A program made the position numbers and the translations under genes. Shown in pieces: positions 27,527-36,517 of a stretch of 64,000 nucleotides of DNA (positions within the stretch are counted from its first letter, which is position 1; the number at the start of each line of letters is the position of its first letter). The stretch is taken from assembly GCA_045579745.1 (NCBI GenBank), contig JAZNMQ010000024.1, positions 14,612-78,611 on the forward strand, in the 5' to 3' direction. Source of the DNA: Candidatus Flemingiibacterium sp. GTDB lineage: Bacteria > Bacillota > Clostridia > Oscillospirales > CAG-272. Below the pieces are notes generated by a model. The model was not told where the DNA came from, did not search any database, and saw only the letters and a program-made list of their open reading frames with translations.

Positions 27527-29863
27527 TTAATCCGTGCCGTCCATATGTCTGACATTTATTGTAACGATCGTACCCGGCTTAACCTCAGCTCCTGCATCAG
27601 GCGATTGGGAAATCACTATAGCTCCCGAACCAACTGAATAGTTACTTGCGCCCTCAAGCTTGATATTAAGGCTCGAATTGATTATCAGCTTGTTGGCGTT
27701 AGATGCCGATTGACCTATAACGTCCGGAACAACTATCGAATCCGACGGCTCCTCATCTCCCGTGTAGAGATAAACGATTCCGCTTTCTATCGAAAGTCTG
27801 CTGCCGCCTGAGGGGACCTGATCCATTACCGTGTCCCCATTTCCAATAATCTTGAACTTCAGCTTTCTATTTGTAATGTAGAGTGCAGCATCCTCAACAT
27901 CAAGTCCCTTAAGCGTTGTAATACCGACATCCATATTGGCAAGCTCGGACTCGGTGTACTGAGGCTCATATCCAAGATACGGCATCGCAACAGACAAAAA
28001 GTTTGCAATATAAGGCGCCGCTACTATACTTCCATAGTTAACGCCTGTGGTTGGCTCGTCAACGATTATTATTATCGCAATCTGAGGGTCGTCAGCCGGT
28101 GCAAACGCTACGCAGGAGCCTATACGGAACGGACGGTCGCTTGTCACCCATTCGTCATCGATCGAAACGACATTGCCCTCTTCATCGTAATACTGCCACT
28201 TATCCTGCTTCTGCGAGGTTCCCGTCTTAGCGGCTACGCTGTATCCTCTGGTGTAAGCATTTTTCGCACCTCCGTCGGTAGCAACGCCCTCCGCAAGAAT
28301 TGAAGTTACTGTTTTGCAGGTTTCCTCGGAGAAAACCTGAACCTTATCCTGAGTTTCGTAGCTGTAAATAACATTACCGTCATCGTCAACCATTTCCTTC
28401 AGGACGTGAGGAGTTACAACATAACCGCCATTGGCTACAGTGCAAATTGCCGCAAGCTGTTGAAGCGGCGTTGTTCTCCATGTCTGTCCGAATGACGAGG
28501 TTGCAAGCTCGAGCGGATACAGCTCGTTTTCACGGTGATATATTCCTACCGCTTCGCCTGAAAGGTCGACACCGGTTCGTTTTGTATATCCAAGCGCCTC
28601 AAAATACTTGTAGAAGGTTTCCGCACCGATTTTTTCGACGGTATTCATCATAAGCGGGTTGCAGGATTGCTGCAGACCGCGTGCAAATGTCATTTTACCA
28701 TGACCTGTTGTTCTATGGCAGGGTATGTACTGACTTGTTCCCTTTACAAGGTAATGTCCAACACATGTGAATGGGTCATCGATATTTACAAGTCCTTCTT
28801 CAATTGCAATAGCCGATGTCAGAATTTTGAAGGTGGAACCCGGCTCATAGGTATCACTCACAACCTTGTTGTTCCACATCTGATAGATAAGGGAATTACG
28901 AAGCGCAGCGTATTCGCTGCTGTCCTCGGGCAATCCGCACTCATTAAGTGCTGTAAGATATTCGCCCGTCAAGGTGTACGGTGAATTGCAGTCATAGCTC
29001 GGATACACTGCCGAACCAAGTATTCCGCCCGTGTTAACATCCATTACGATTCCGCAAACACGGTTTGCTGCCGCGGCAGATTCATAAGCCGCATACACCT
29101 GCTTTTCAAGCTCGTACTGGAGCATCATGTCTATGGTCGTTACGAGATTTGCTCCGTTTTCAGCGCCGACATAGCTCTCATATTTGAACGGCATGTCACC
29201 GCCGATCGCATTTCGAGCTGTGATATATTTACCCGACGTGCCCTTCAAATAATCGTTGTAGGTCGCCTCAACTCCATATACACGGTCACCGTCGGCATTT
29301 GTAAAGCCGATAAGGTGCGATGCCAGATCACCGTAGCAATAATATCTCTTAGCCTCAGCGGACAGATTAAGAAGATTCGTGAAACCGTTCTCCTGAATGA
29401 ATTTACGCAGTATTTCAGCGGTTTCAGGCGGAACATTTTTCATTATCGTTTCGTCGCGGCGATTGATCTTTTTCATTTTTTCCATGACCATATCGCGGTC
29501 TACGCCGAGAACCTCGACAAGCTTGTCGGCAATAATATCGGCGACCTGACCTACCGCGTATTCCTCATTGTCGTTTTCAAACGCGCGTATATCGGACGGT
29601 GCTACAAAAACTCTGTAAACAGTAGTGTTTGTAACAAGCAGATTCATGTTGGTGTCAAAAATTTTGCCGCGCTCGGGTGTTGTCCTTGTTTCGCGTGTCA
29701 GCTGGTCTATTACTATCGACTTGTATTTGTCGTGCTCTATGACCTGCAAGCCAAACAGTCTGACAATCAATCCGCAAAATACTACTGCGATAACACAAGA
29801 AAGAAATATGCATCTTTTATACATAACACTTTTTTGCGAAAAGAATGGCATGTCATCCTCCAT
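27527..29863 (-). CDS. Class B penicillin-binding protein (FtsI/PBP2B/SpoVD type) with two C-terminal PASTA domains
   Basis: 778 aa. N-terminal TM, dimerisation domain, transpeptidase motifs STFK and KTGT, and two PASTA-like repeats at the C-terminus. Confidence 0.9.
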   Translation of the reverse strand: MEDDMPFFSQKSVMYKRCIFLSCVIAVVFCGLIVRLFGLQVIEHDKYKSIVIDQLTRETRTTPERGKIFDTNMNLLVTNTTVYRVFVAPSDIRAFENDNEEYAVGQVADIIADKLVEVLGVDRDMVMEKMKKINRRDETIMKNVPPETAEILRKFIQENGFTNLLNLSAEAKRYYCYGDLASHLIGFTNADGDRVYGVEATYNDYLKGTSGKYITARNAIGGDMPFKYESYVGAENGANLVTTIDMMLQYELEKQVYAAYESAAAANRVCGIVMDVNTGGILGSAVYPSYDCNSPYTLTGEYLTALNECGLPEDSSEYAALRNSLIYQMWNNKVVSDTYEPGSTFKILTSAIAIEEGLVNIDDPFTCVGHYLVKGTSQYIPCHRTTGHGKMTFARGLQQSCNPLMMNTVEKIGAETFYKYFEALGYTKRTGVDLSGEAVGIYHRENELYPLELATSSFGQTWRTTPLQQLAAICTVANGGYVVTPHVLKEMVDDDGNVIYSYETQDKVQVFSEETCKTVTSILAEGVATDGGAKNAYTRGYSVAAKTGTSQKQDKWQYYDEEGNVVSIDDEWVTSDRPFRIGSCVAFAPADDPQIAIIIIVDEPTTGVNYGSIVAAPYIANFLSVAMPYLGYEPQYTESELANMDVGITTLKGLDVEDAALYITNRKLKFKIIGNGDTVMDQVPSGGSRLSIESGIVYLYTGDEEPSDSIVVPDVIGQSASNANKLIINSSLNIKLEGASNYSVGSGAIVISQSPDAGAEVKPGTIVTINVRHMDGTD

Positions 29864-29993
29864 AATTCGGTATCGGAGAGCAAGCGTTCAACAATTTGCC
29901 TACTCCCCGATGATACTTTATAACGGTAATTCTCCTCTTGCAGGCAAATCACCTGCAATCTTTAATTAATATATTACTGAGTCTTCTAAAAAA

Positions 29994-30815
29994 TTACATT
30001 CCGAAGAAGTCGCGAACACGCTCTACTATCGAACCGCCGAAGCTGAGGATTCCGTCAAGAATGTTTGTCTTCTCCTCAATTTCTTCTTCAACAAGCTCAA
30101 TCTTGTCTTCCTTGCGTACAGTAATATAATGTCTTTCGACCTGGTCCTTTTTTACCATTCCGATATCGTTTTTGGCTACCGATTCGACCACTCGCAGGTC
30201 ATCTCTGACCTCAAGCTGTAATCTCAACTCGTTTTCCTCGGATATCAGAGCGTTATACTGACGTTCAAGATTTGAATTTTCCGCCACTATCTCACTTATC
30301 TGCACAGAAGTAGTTACTATCGCAAGAATAAGCACCGTAAAGCAAAGCGCTGTTAAAACTATCGAAAGCGGAAATTGATATTTTTTCTCAACAACTATCG
30401 TATGCAGCTTCGTTATTGACTTTTTACGAAGTCTTTCAACCTTTGCCGCCTGCACTTTTATGGCTGACGCCGATTTCGCGCGCTCAGCAGAACTCTTCGC
30501 GGCGCTTTTGTGAGCTGCCGCTCGCGTTTTTCCGTGCGCATCAGAGCTTCGTGTCTTCCCTGAAGTATTACGCGCACCTACACTTCTGCGCGCATCCGCA
30601 GGATTTCCATAAAACGCACTCGCTTTTGCATTTGAAGATGCTTGGGACGCGCCTCTTCTATTACCATTGCTTTGATCTATATTATTATCTCTTTGCGGCG
30701 CTTTTGGACGCGAAATCGAATCCCAAGAATATTCTCTGTATGATGGATGGGTAGAAATGCGCTGACCGGGCAGTGCTTCGTTATTCTTTTTCTTTTTGAA
30801 GGTTGCATCAGTCAT
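29994..30815 (-). CDS. ftsL: FtsL-like septation protein with a ~146-aa basic N-terminal extension
   Basis: Lies at the dcw position between rsmH and the PBP. Single TM (FPLSIVLTALCFTVLILAIVTT) followed by a coiled-coil (ENSNLERQYNALISEENELRLQLE). SD gggggga is 5 nt before the ATG. Confidence 0.7.
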   Translation of the reverse strand: MTDATFKKKKNNEALPGQRISTHPSYREYSWDSISRPKAPQRDNNIDQSNGNRRGASQASSNAKASAFYGNPADARRSVGARNTSGKTRSSDAHGKTRAAAHKSAAKSSAERAKSASAIKVQAAKVERLRKKSITKLHTIVVEKKYQFPLSIVLTALCFTVLILAIVTTSVQISEIVAENSNLERQYNALISEENELRLQLEVRDDLRVVESVAKNDIGMVKKDQVERHYITVRKEDKIELVEEEIEEKTNILDGILSFGGSIVERVRDFFGM

Positions 30816-30832
30816 CGCTATCCCCCCTTATC

Positions 30833-31807
30833 TTATATTTTTTCTGCTATTCGCAGCTTTGCGCTCCTTGAACGCGGATTTTCATCAAGCTCCCTTTCAG
30901 ATGGGAGAATCGGCTTGTGCGTCAGCACCTTGATTATCGGCTTCTTTCCGCAAACGCATACCGGAAAGTCCTTCGGGCATGTGCATCCTCTTGAATGTGC
31001 GGCAAACGTTTGCTTTACGATGCGGTCTTCAAGCGAATGAAAGCTTATAACCGAAAGTCTGCCTCCGATTTTAAGCGACGCAATCAAATCGTTAAGCGTC
31101 GGTTCAATTATCGACAGCTCCGAATTAACCTCAATGCGTATTGCCTGAAAGGTACGCTTTGCCGGATGCGGTCCATCCTCTCTCGCCTTTGCAGGAATCG
31201 CGGACTTAATAATATCGACCAGCTCGAATGTAGTCTTTATCGGAGCAGCCTCGCGTGCCGCGCAAATCGCCGAAGCAATTCGTCCTGCGAAGCGTTCCTC
31301 GCTGTATTCGTATATAATCCGCTTCAGCTCGCTCTCGGGATATTCATTTACAACCTCTCTCGCGCTTAGCGGAGATTCGGGATTCATGCGCATATCAAGC
31401 GGCGCATCGTTCATATATGAAAATCCACGCTCGGGAGTGTCAAGCTGATATGATGAAACTCCAAGGTCAATTACCGCACCGTCGATCCCGTCGATGCCGA
31501 GCGTTTCGAGTATAGCTCCTACATTTTGAAAGTTATCGTGAACGAGCTTGATTCTATCCGAATATTTGGCAAGCCGTTTACTTGACGCTTCAATCGCCGC
31601 GCTGTCTTGATCTATCGCAATCAGAAGTCCGCCGTCCGTAAGCTTTGAAGCAATTGCTTCGGAATGACCTCCTCCGCCAAGCGTGCAATCGACATAAACG
31701 CCATTTGGCTTTATATCAAGTCCATCAACGGACTCAGACAGAAGCACAGAGTAATGTGAAAAGGTGTTGGCAACCGAATCGCTCATTTTTTCATCCGAGG
31801 ACCTCAA
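30833..31807 (-). CDS. rsmH: 16S rRNA (cytosine1402-N4)-methyltransferase
   Basis: 324 aa. [16 protein letters not shown], and ISFHSLEDR motifs. Confidence 0.95.
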   Translation of the reverse strand: MRSSDEKMSDSVANTFSHYSVLLSESVDGLDIKPNGVYVDCTLGGGGHSEAIASKLTDGGLLIAIDQDSAAIEASSKRLAKYSDRIKLVHDNFQNVGAILETLGIDGIDGAVIDLGVSSYQLDTPERGFSYMNDAPLDMRMNPESPLSAREVVNEYPESELKRIIYEYSEERFAGRIASAICAAREAAPIKTTFELVDIIKSAIPAKAREDGPHPAKRTFQAIRIEVNSELSIIEPTLNDLIASLKIGGRLSVISFHSLEDRIVKQTFAAHSRGCTCPKDFPVCVCGKKPIIKVLTHKPILPSERELDENPRSRSAKLRIAEKI

Positions 31808-32223
31808 AGCCCCAACTCCTTCATCTGTTTTTCTATATTAGCGGCATCGTCGCTGTTCTTCATTGCTTCCCAACGATCTGCAGACCAAAGCTCAGCATGG
31901 TCGCCGACGCCGAGGAATGCAACATCTCGTTCGAGAGCAGCATATTCCTTCAAATTCTGAGGCAGAACAATTCTGCCGTGAGAATCAGGAGCTGCATCCG
32001 ATGCAAACGTGAACAAAAATCTCTTTATCGCCCGTGTTTGCGAATCGGGGAGAGCCGAAAGCTTGTCCGTAAGCCGCTTCCATTCATCGAGCGGATAAAG
32101 CGAGAGGCATCCGTCTACGTTCTTTGAAATAACGAATTTTTCTCCGAGCGATTCGCGCAGCTTCGCCGGAACGAACACTCTCGATTTGGCATCTATTGTA
32201 TGCAAATATTCACCGGTCAGCAT
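31804..32223 (-). CDS. mraZ: Transcriptional regulator MraZ
   Basis: 139 aa. MLTGEY.H.ID.K.R..VPAK.R plus a second SpoVT/AbrB-like repeat. First gene of the dcw cluster. Confidence 0.95.
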   Translation of the reverse strand: MLTGEYLHTIDAKSRVFVPAKLRESLGEKFVISKNVDGCLSLYPLDEWKRLTDKLSALPDSQTRAIKRFLFTFASDAAPDSHGRIVLPQNLKEYAALERDVAFLGVGDHAELWSADRWEAMKNSDDAANIEKQMKELGL

Positions 32224-32280
32224 CGAATCACCCTCCTCTCACCATACTGTCAAAAATTCTGGCACAATTGTTATCATTTG

Positions 32281-32306
32281 ACCCATTTTAGTCCACTTTG
32301 CACCAC
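32281..32306 (-). promoter_or_regulatory. Three MraZ-box-like direct repeats with 10-bp periodicity
   Basis: Minus strand reads aattGTGGtgcaaaGTGGactaaaaTGGGtc. The GTGG/GTGG/aTGG cores are at 32306, 32296 and 32286, immediately downstream of the -10 element. Confidence 0.6.
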
Positions 32307-32312
32307 AATTAT

Positions 32313-32341
32313 ATTATACAGTATCATCTGCATAATTGCAA
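32313..32341 (-). promoter_or_regulatory. dcw (Pmra-like) promoter
   Basis: Minus strand reads TTGCAA (32341-32336), 17-nt spacer, TATAAT (32318-32313). Confidence 0.7.
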
Positions 32342-32450
32342 GTATTTTCAGAGGATTTTTTTCGATTTTATGCAATTTTTTTGCATTTTAATTTTTGCTT
32401 TTTTAATAAATCGCGCCGCATTCTTTAATTTATGAACGCGGCGTGAATTT

Positions 32451-32945
32451 TCATTTTTTCGTATTAACAAATTCCGCCAAAAGCTCCGCAGTACCCTCAG
32501 GAACGAATCGACTGTAATCCATACCGTAGCGAATCATTTCCTTAACCATAGTTGAACTTATGTGCATGTACTCGGATTTTGTCGGGATGATAAAAGTGTC
32601 AAGTTTTGCGTTAAGCGAGCGATTGATCAGCGACATCGACATCTCATAATCAAAGTCAGTCGCACTTCGTGCCCCTTTTATGATCGTGCCGATGCCCTTT
32701 TCCTCAGCATACCCTGCAAGCAAGCCGTCAGATACATCCACATGAACGTTTTTAAAATCAGCAAACGCTGTCCTGAGCAGCCGAAGCTTCTGCTCGGGCG
32801 AAAGCATTCCATTTTTTGTCGAATTTGAGAAAGCGATAACCCACACCTCGTCGAAAACACCTGCCGCGCGCGCAACTATATCGTAATGCCCGATCGTCGG
32901 GGGATCAAAGCTTCCTGGGATCAATGCAAATTTTGGATTCAACAT
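32451..32945 (-). CDS. coaD: Phosphopantetheine adenylyltransferase
   Basis: 164 aa. GSFDPPTIGHYDI (the HxGH motif) and the ISST.VKE motif. Confidence 0.95.
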   Translation of the reverse strand: MLNPKFALIPGSFDPPTIGHYDIVARAAGVFDEVWVIAFSNSTKNGMLSPEQKLRLLRTAFADFKNVHVDVSDGLLAGYAEEKGIGTIIKGARSATDFDYEMSMSLINRSLNAKLDTFIIPTKSEYMHISSTMVKEMIRYGMDYSRFVPEGTAELLAEFVNTKK

Positions 32946-32966
32946 GATTATTTCACCTCAAATAGA

Positions 32967-33530
32967 TCAATCGCACTTAAGAGTTAAAACCGTGATAAAA
33001 ATTCTGCCGTATCTGTTCTGCTTTTCAATCGTGTATTTTTTGGCAAGTGCTTCATCCTGTCCAAAGACATCGTCCGTTTCATCCTCGCAGATAACCCATG
33101 CACCCTCTGCAAGCAGGTCCGATTCGGCGAGCAAATGAAGCGACTTTTGAAGCATACCGCTATTGTACGGCGGGTCAAGAAATACATAGTCAAATTTGTA
33201 TTTTCCTTTTGATACGCGAAGATATTCGGCGTAATCGGAGAGCACAAGCCTGCAGCGCTCCCAAAGATGTGTTTTCTGAGCATTCTTTTTGATGATCGCG
33301 ACCGCTTCCGCCGATTTGTCAACAAGCACCGCTTTTTCAGCGCCTCGGCTGAGTGCCTCAAGTCCTAACTGACCGCTTCCCGCGAAAAGGTCGAGCACAG
33401 TCGTATCGACAAGATCAAACTGTATCATACTGAAAAGTGCTTCTTTTACGCGCTCTGCAGTCGGTCTTGTTGCCTCGCCCTCAAGCGTGTCAAGCCTGAT
33501 GCCTCGCGCGGATCCCGTAATAATTCTCAT
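32967..33530 (-). CDS. rsmD: 16S rRNA (guanine966-N2)-methyltransferase module, with its own SD and ATG inside the long ORF
   Basis: MRIITGSARG.RL....TRPT..RVKEALF, DLFAGSGQLGLEALSRGA and VFLDPPY. GGAGA (33542-33538) lies 7 nt upstream of the ATG at 33530-33528. Canonical rsmD-coaD gene order. Confidence 0.8.
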   Translation of the reverse strand: MRIITGSARGIRLDTLEGEATRPTAERVKEALFSMIQFDLVDTTVLDLFAGSGQLGLEALSRGAEKAVLVDKSAEAVAIIKKNAQKTHLWERCRLVLSDYAEYLRVSKGKYKFDYVFLDPPYNSGMLQKSLHLLAESDLLAEGAWVICEDETDDVFGQDEALAKKYTIEKQNRYGRIFITVLTLKCD

Positions 33531-35405
33531 TGGTATTTCTCCTATTTTTTTCGTACTTGCATGTTTTTTGAAAAAATGCGCAATAATCGCATCGGCGTTG
33601 GCAGAGGTTATTCCGGAAACTTTCATAAGCTCTGATTTGTCCGCATTTTTTATTGCCGTAAGACTGCGAAAATGTGCAAGCAAGCTCTTAGCCTTTATTC
33701 TGCCGATTCCGTCGATATCCTCAAGAGTTGAATGCTTCAGAGTCTTTGATTTTGCATTCTCCATTCGGGTAATCGTATATCGATGAACCTCTTCCTGCAG
33801 CTTGTATATAAACTGAAAAACCGCCTGCTCGCGCGAAATGCTGATTTCATTAATATCATCAGTCAGCGCACGCGTTTTGTGGAAATCATCCTTGACCATT
33901 CCGAACACTGGTATTTCGCATCCAAGCTCAGCCATAAGCTCGCGTATTACAGAAACATGAGCTTTTCCGCCGTCAAGCAAAATCAAGTCAGGTGCCCCTC
34001 CGAACGATTCGTCCGTCAAATGATTGAGCCGCCTTGAAAGCGCTTCCCTCATCGCCCCGTAATCGTCTATGCCATCGGTCGTTTTTATTTTAAATGTTCG
34101 ATAGTCCGATTTTTTAAGCTTGCAGTTTTCGGCTACAATCATGCCTGCAGTTATGTTATCATTGCCGAAATTTGAAATATCATATGCTTCTATCCGCTCC
34201 GGAACGACCTCGAGCGAAAGCATTGATGCGAGCTTAACGAGCGTTTTGTTATCCTTTTCCGACTGTGCCTTGTAAAGCAGAGCTTGCTGCTTTGCGTTGT
34301 CGTAAACCATTTCGCAAAGCCTGCGCCTATCTCCGCGTTCGGGAGTCCGGATATCAGGCTTGTAGCCAACTCTTTGCCTTATCGCTTCAGTCAGCGCGGC
34401 GAGCTCCTCATTCGGGAGCGTAAAATCCAAAATTATCTCCCTTGGAACATATTCGCGGATATTGTAAAGCTCGGACAGAAACGCCGACATATTCTCCTCA
34501 TCGATTATCTGCTCGGCAGGGAAAATAAAATGCTCGTTATCGGTGATACTGCCGCCGCGAATATAGAACACAGAAATGCAGGAGCAAATCTCGTCAGTAT
34601 ACAGCGCGATAACATCCTCCTCGGTGTCGGGGGAGCCGACGACCTTTTGCCGCTGCCAAAGCTTTGACAGCGCCTCGATGCGATCACGGTATCTTGCCGC
34701 AGCTTCAAACATCAAATTATCCGAAGCAAACTCCATCTTTTCCCGAAGTGACGATTCGCATTCCGAAAAAGAACCGCGTAGGAAGCTGGCAACCTCTTTA
34801 AAAATTGCGCGATATTCCTCGCTCGAGATCTCGCCCGTGCAGGGAGCTATACACATACCGATGTGACGATTTAAGCAAGGCCGTTCCTTGCCGATATCCC
34901 GCGGAAACTCGCGCGAGCATGATGCTATACCGAAAGCCTTCTGAATCGTGCCGAGTATGCTGTAAACCGCAGAAATGCTCGAATAGGGTCCAAAATATCT
35001 TGCGCCGTCCGCAAGCCGTTTTCGAGTTACGGTCAGCTTCGGATACTCATCATTTACTGTCAGCTTGATATACGGATACGACTTCGAATCCTTTAATTTA
35101 ATATTGTATTTCGGAGTATACTGCTTAATCAGACTGTTTTCGAGCGACAGCGCTTCAATCTCGGTATCGGTGAGAATATAGTCAAAGCTGTATACCATCG
35201 AAACCATTCGGCGTGTTTTTTCATTGTGCTTTGCCGATTCATGAAAATATGACGACACACGGTTTTTCAGCGCACGGGATTTTCCGACATAAATCACTTT
35301 CCCGTTTTTGTCTTTCATGATATAAACGCCCGGGCGCAGAGGAAGCCTGTTTGCCTTTTCAAGCAAAAGCTCGCGCCGTTTGTCGTATGAAGCCTTTGTG
35401 TCCAT
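32967..35405 (-). CDS. uvrC: Single 812-aa ORF encoding a full-length UvrC followed in frame by a full-length RsmD
   Basis: Residues 1-~615 are UvrC: GIY-YIG (GVYIMKDKNGKVIYVGKS), the UvrBC domain, the endonuclease domain and (HhH)2 (DIDGIGRIKAKSLL...VSGITSANADAII). Residues 626-812 are RsmD. There is no stop codon between the two. Confidence 0.8.
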   Translation of the reverse strand: MDTKASYDKRRELLLEKANRLPLRPGVYIMKDKNGKVIYVGKSRALKNRVSSYFHESAKHNEKTRRMVSMVYSFDYILTDTEIEALSLENSLIKQYTPKYNIKLKDSKSYPYIKLTVNDEYPKLTVTRKRLADGARYFGPYSSISAVYSILGTIQKAFGIASCSREFPRDIGKERPCLNRHIGMCIAPCTGEISSEEYRAIFKEVASFLRGSFSECESSLREKMEFASDNLMFEAAARYRDRIEALSKLWQRQKVVGSPDTEEDVIALYTDEICSCISVFYIRGGSITDNEHFIFPAEQIIDEENMSAFLSELYNIREYVPREIILDFTLPNEELAALTEAIRQRVGYKPDIRTPERGDRRRLCEMVYDNAKQQALLYKAQSEKDNKTLVKLASMLSLEVVPERIEAYDISNFGNDNITAGMIVAENCKLKKSDYRTFKIKTTDGIDDYGAMREALSRRLNHLTDESFGGAPDLILLDGGKAHVSVIRELMAELGCEIPVFGMVKDDFHKTRALTDDINEISISREQAVFQFIYKLQEEVHRYTITRMENAKSKTLKHSTLEDIDGIGRIKAKSLLAHFRSLTAIKNADKSELMKVSGITSANADAIIAHFFKKHASTKKIGEIPMRIITGSARGIRLDTLEGEATRPTAERVKEALFSMIQFDLVDTTVLDLFAGSGQLGLEALSRGAEKAVLVDKSAEAVAIIKKNAQKTHLWERCRLVLSDYAEYLRVSKGKYKFDYVFLDPPYNSGMLQKSLHLLAESDLLAEGAWVICEDETDDVFGQDEALAKKYTIEKQNRYGRIFITVLTLKCD

Positions 35406-35446
35406 TATTTTCTCCGTTGCTCAAAAAATAGTATTTGCAAATAAAA

Positions 35447-35483
35447 GACGAGTCGAGTTGACTTTGCCAAACCGCGACCCGTC
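35447..35483 (-). terminator. Probable terminator after ptsH
   Basis: Minus strand reads GACGGGTCG, a 19-nt loop, CGACTCGTC, then ttttatttg. It lies between the ptsH stop and the uvrC start. Confidence 0.5.
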
Positions 35484-35506
35484 ATTATTCTTAAATCTTC
35501 AGATGC

Positions 35507-35770
35507 TCACTCGCCAAATCCTGTATCGATAAGCTCGCACAGTGCGTTAAGAGCGTCCATCTCATCGTTTCCGTCAGCAATCAGGGTTATTGTCATGCCT
35601 TTTGTGATACCGAGCGAAAGTACACCGAGTAAGCTCTTTGCATTCACGCGTCTGTCTTCTTTTTCGACCCAAATAGAACTCTGGAACGAATTTGCTTTCT
35701 GGATAAAGAAGGTCGCAGGTCTTGCGTGGAGACCGACGTTATTCTTAATAGTGACATTACGGGAATTCAT
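35507..35770 (-). CDS. ptsH: Phosphocarrier protein HPr
   Basis: 87 aa. GLHARPA (His15) and NAKSLLGVLSLG (Ser46) are both present. No ptsI or hprK is adjacent. Confidence 0.9.
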   Translation of the reverse strand: MNSRNVTIKNNVGLHARPATFFIQKANSFQSSIWVEKEDRRVNAKSLLGVLSLGITKGMTITLIADGNDEMDALNALCELIDTGFGE

Positions 35771-35877
35771 TACGTTCTCTCCTATTCATAAATAATAATT
35801 TTAAAACCGGGGAGCTTGACCTCGCACTTCGTCCATTTGCGACAGACCGGCTCTTATCCGAATATAATCCTAATTAT

Positions 35878-35906
35878 AGTATAACAGATTGTTTTATAAA
35901 AATCAA
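35878..35906 (-). promoter_or_regulatory. Candidate ptsH promoter
   Basis: Minus strand reads TTGATT (35906-35901), 17-nt spacer, TATACT (35883-35878). The predicted leader is about 100 nt. Confidence 0.5.
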
Positions 35907-36010
35907 TAGTTTTTTTGCATATAATTATATTGACTTAGTTTCTTTTCTCTGTAATATTCGATTCAAAGTGATAAATTTTTATTATTAATTATACGCATTT
36001 CGCTTCCCGT

Positions 36011-36517
36011 TTACTCGGAAATCTTCTCAATGTCGGTTACGGTCAAGGAAACATCAAGTGTTGAGCTTTGAACATTCACAACGCTTCCGGGGGCGATGTA
36101 ATTCGTTCCGTCGAGCAAAAATCCGCTTTCTCCGAATGTACCTGAGCACACAAAGGTTCCGCGAACATCCATTCGGTTGTTTTCGGAAAACGTCTTGACA
36201 AGCTTTCCGTCAAGAGAAGGAATATATAACTCCGCAGGCATGAACTGCGTACTTTCAAGCACTCCGAAATCAGTTCCGATTGTCGGAGAATAGTATGTGT
36301 CCCCAATATCCATGTAGTCGCAGGACTGCTCGTTTATGTTTTGGATATAAAATGATACTCTTGCTTTGTCACGATTGTTTCCGACAACTATTTTTTCAAC
36401 CACCCCTGCACGGAGAGCAATACCGATTACAGCTCCTATTACAGCAAGAATGATAAGGAAATCTATCACATTCGGTTTAAGTCTTTTTTTGCTTGGTTTA
36501 ACCGTCTTAGAATCCAT
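36011..36517 (-). CDS. Single-pass membrane protein, DUF4330-like (paralog 2)
   Basis: 168 aa. Basic N-terminus, a TM (VIDFLIILAVIGAVIGIAL), then a ~120-aa probably beta-rich domain. Same architecture as the upstream gene. Confidence 0.6.
   Translation of the reverse strand: MDSKTVKPSKKRLKPNVIDFLIILAVIGAVIGIALRAGVVEKIVVGNNRDKARVSFYIQNINEQSCDYMDIGDTYYSPTIGTDFGVLESTQFMPAELYIPSLDGKLVKTFSENNRMDVRGTFVCSGTFGESGFLLDGTNYIAPGSVVNVQSSTLDVSLTVTDIEKISE

Noticed and set aside
29864-29993. TTGCAGG-caaatca-CCTGCAA hairpin in the ftsL-pbp spacer.
   Set aside because: The stem is short (7 bp), with no U-tract and no other supporting signal. It is probably incidental.
32405-32450. CGCCGC / GCGGCG inverted repeat just downstream of coaD.
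   Set aside because: The stem is 6-7 bp with an ~18-nt loop and has no U-tract on the coaD (minus) strand, so it is not convincing as a terminator.
35771-35877. A ~100-nt ptsH leader, considered as a possible regulatory RNA.
   Set aside because: Only a weak 5-bp TCGCA/TGCGA stem was found, with no terminator/antiterminator pair or known motif.
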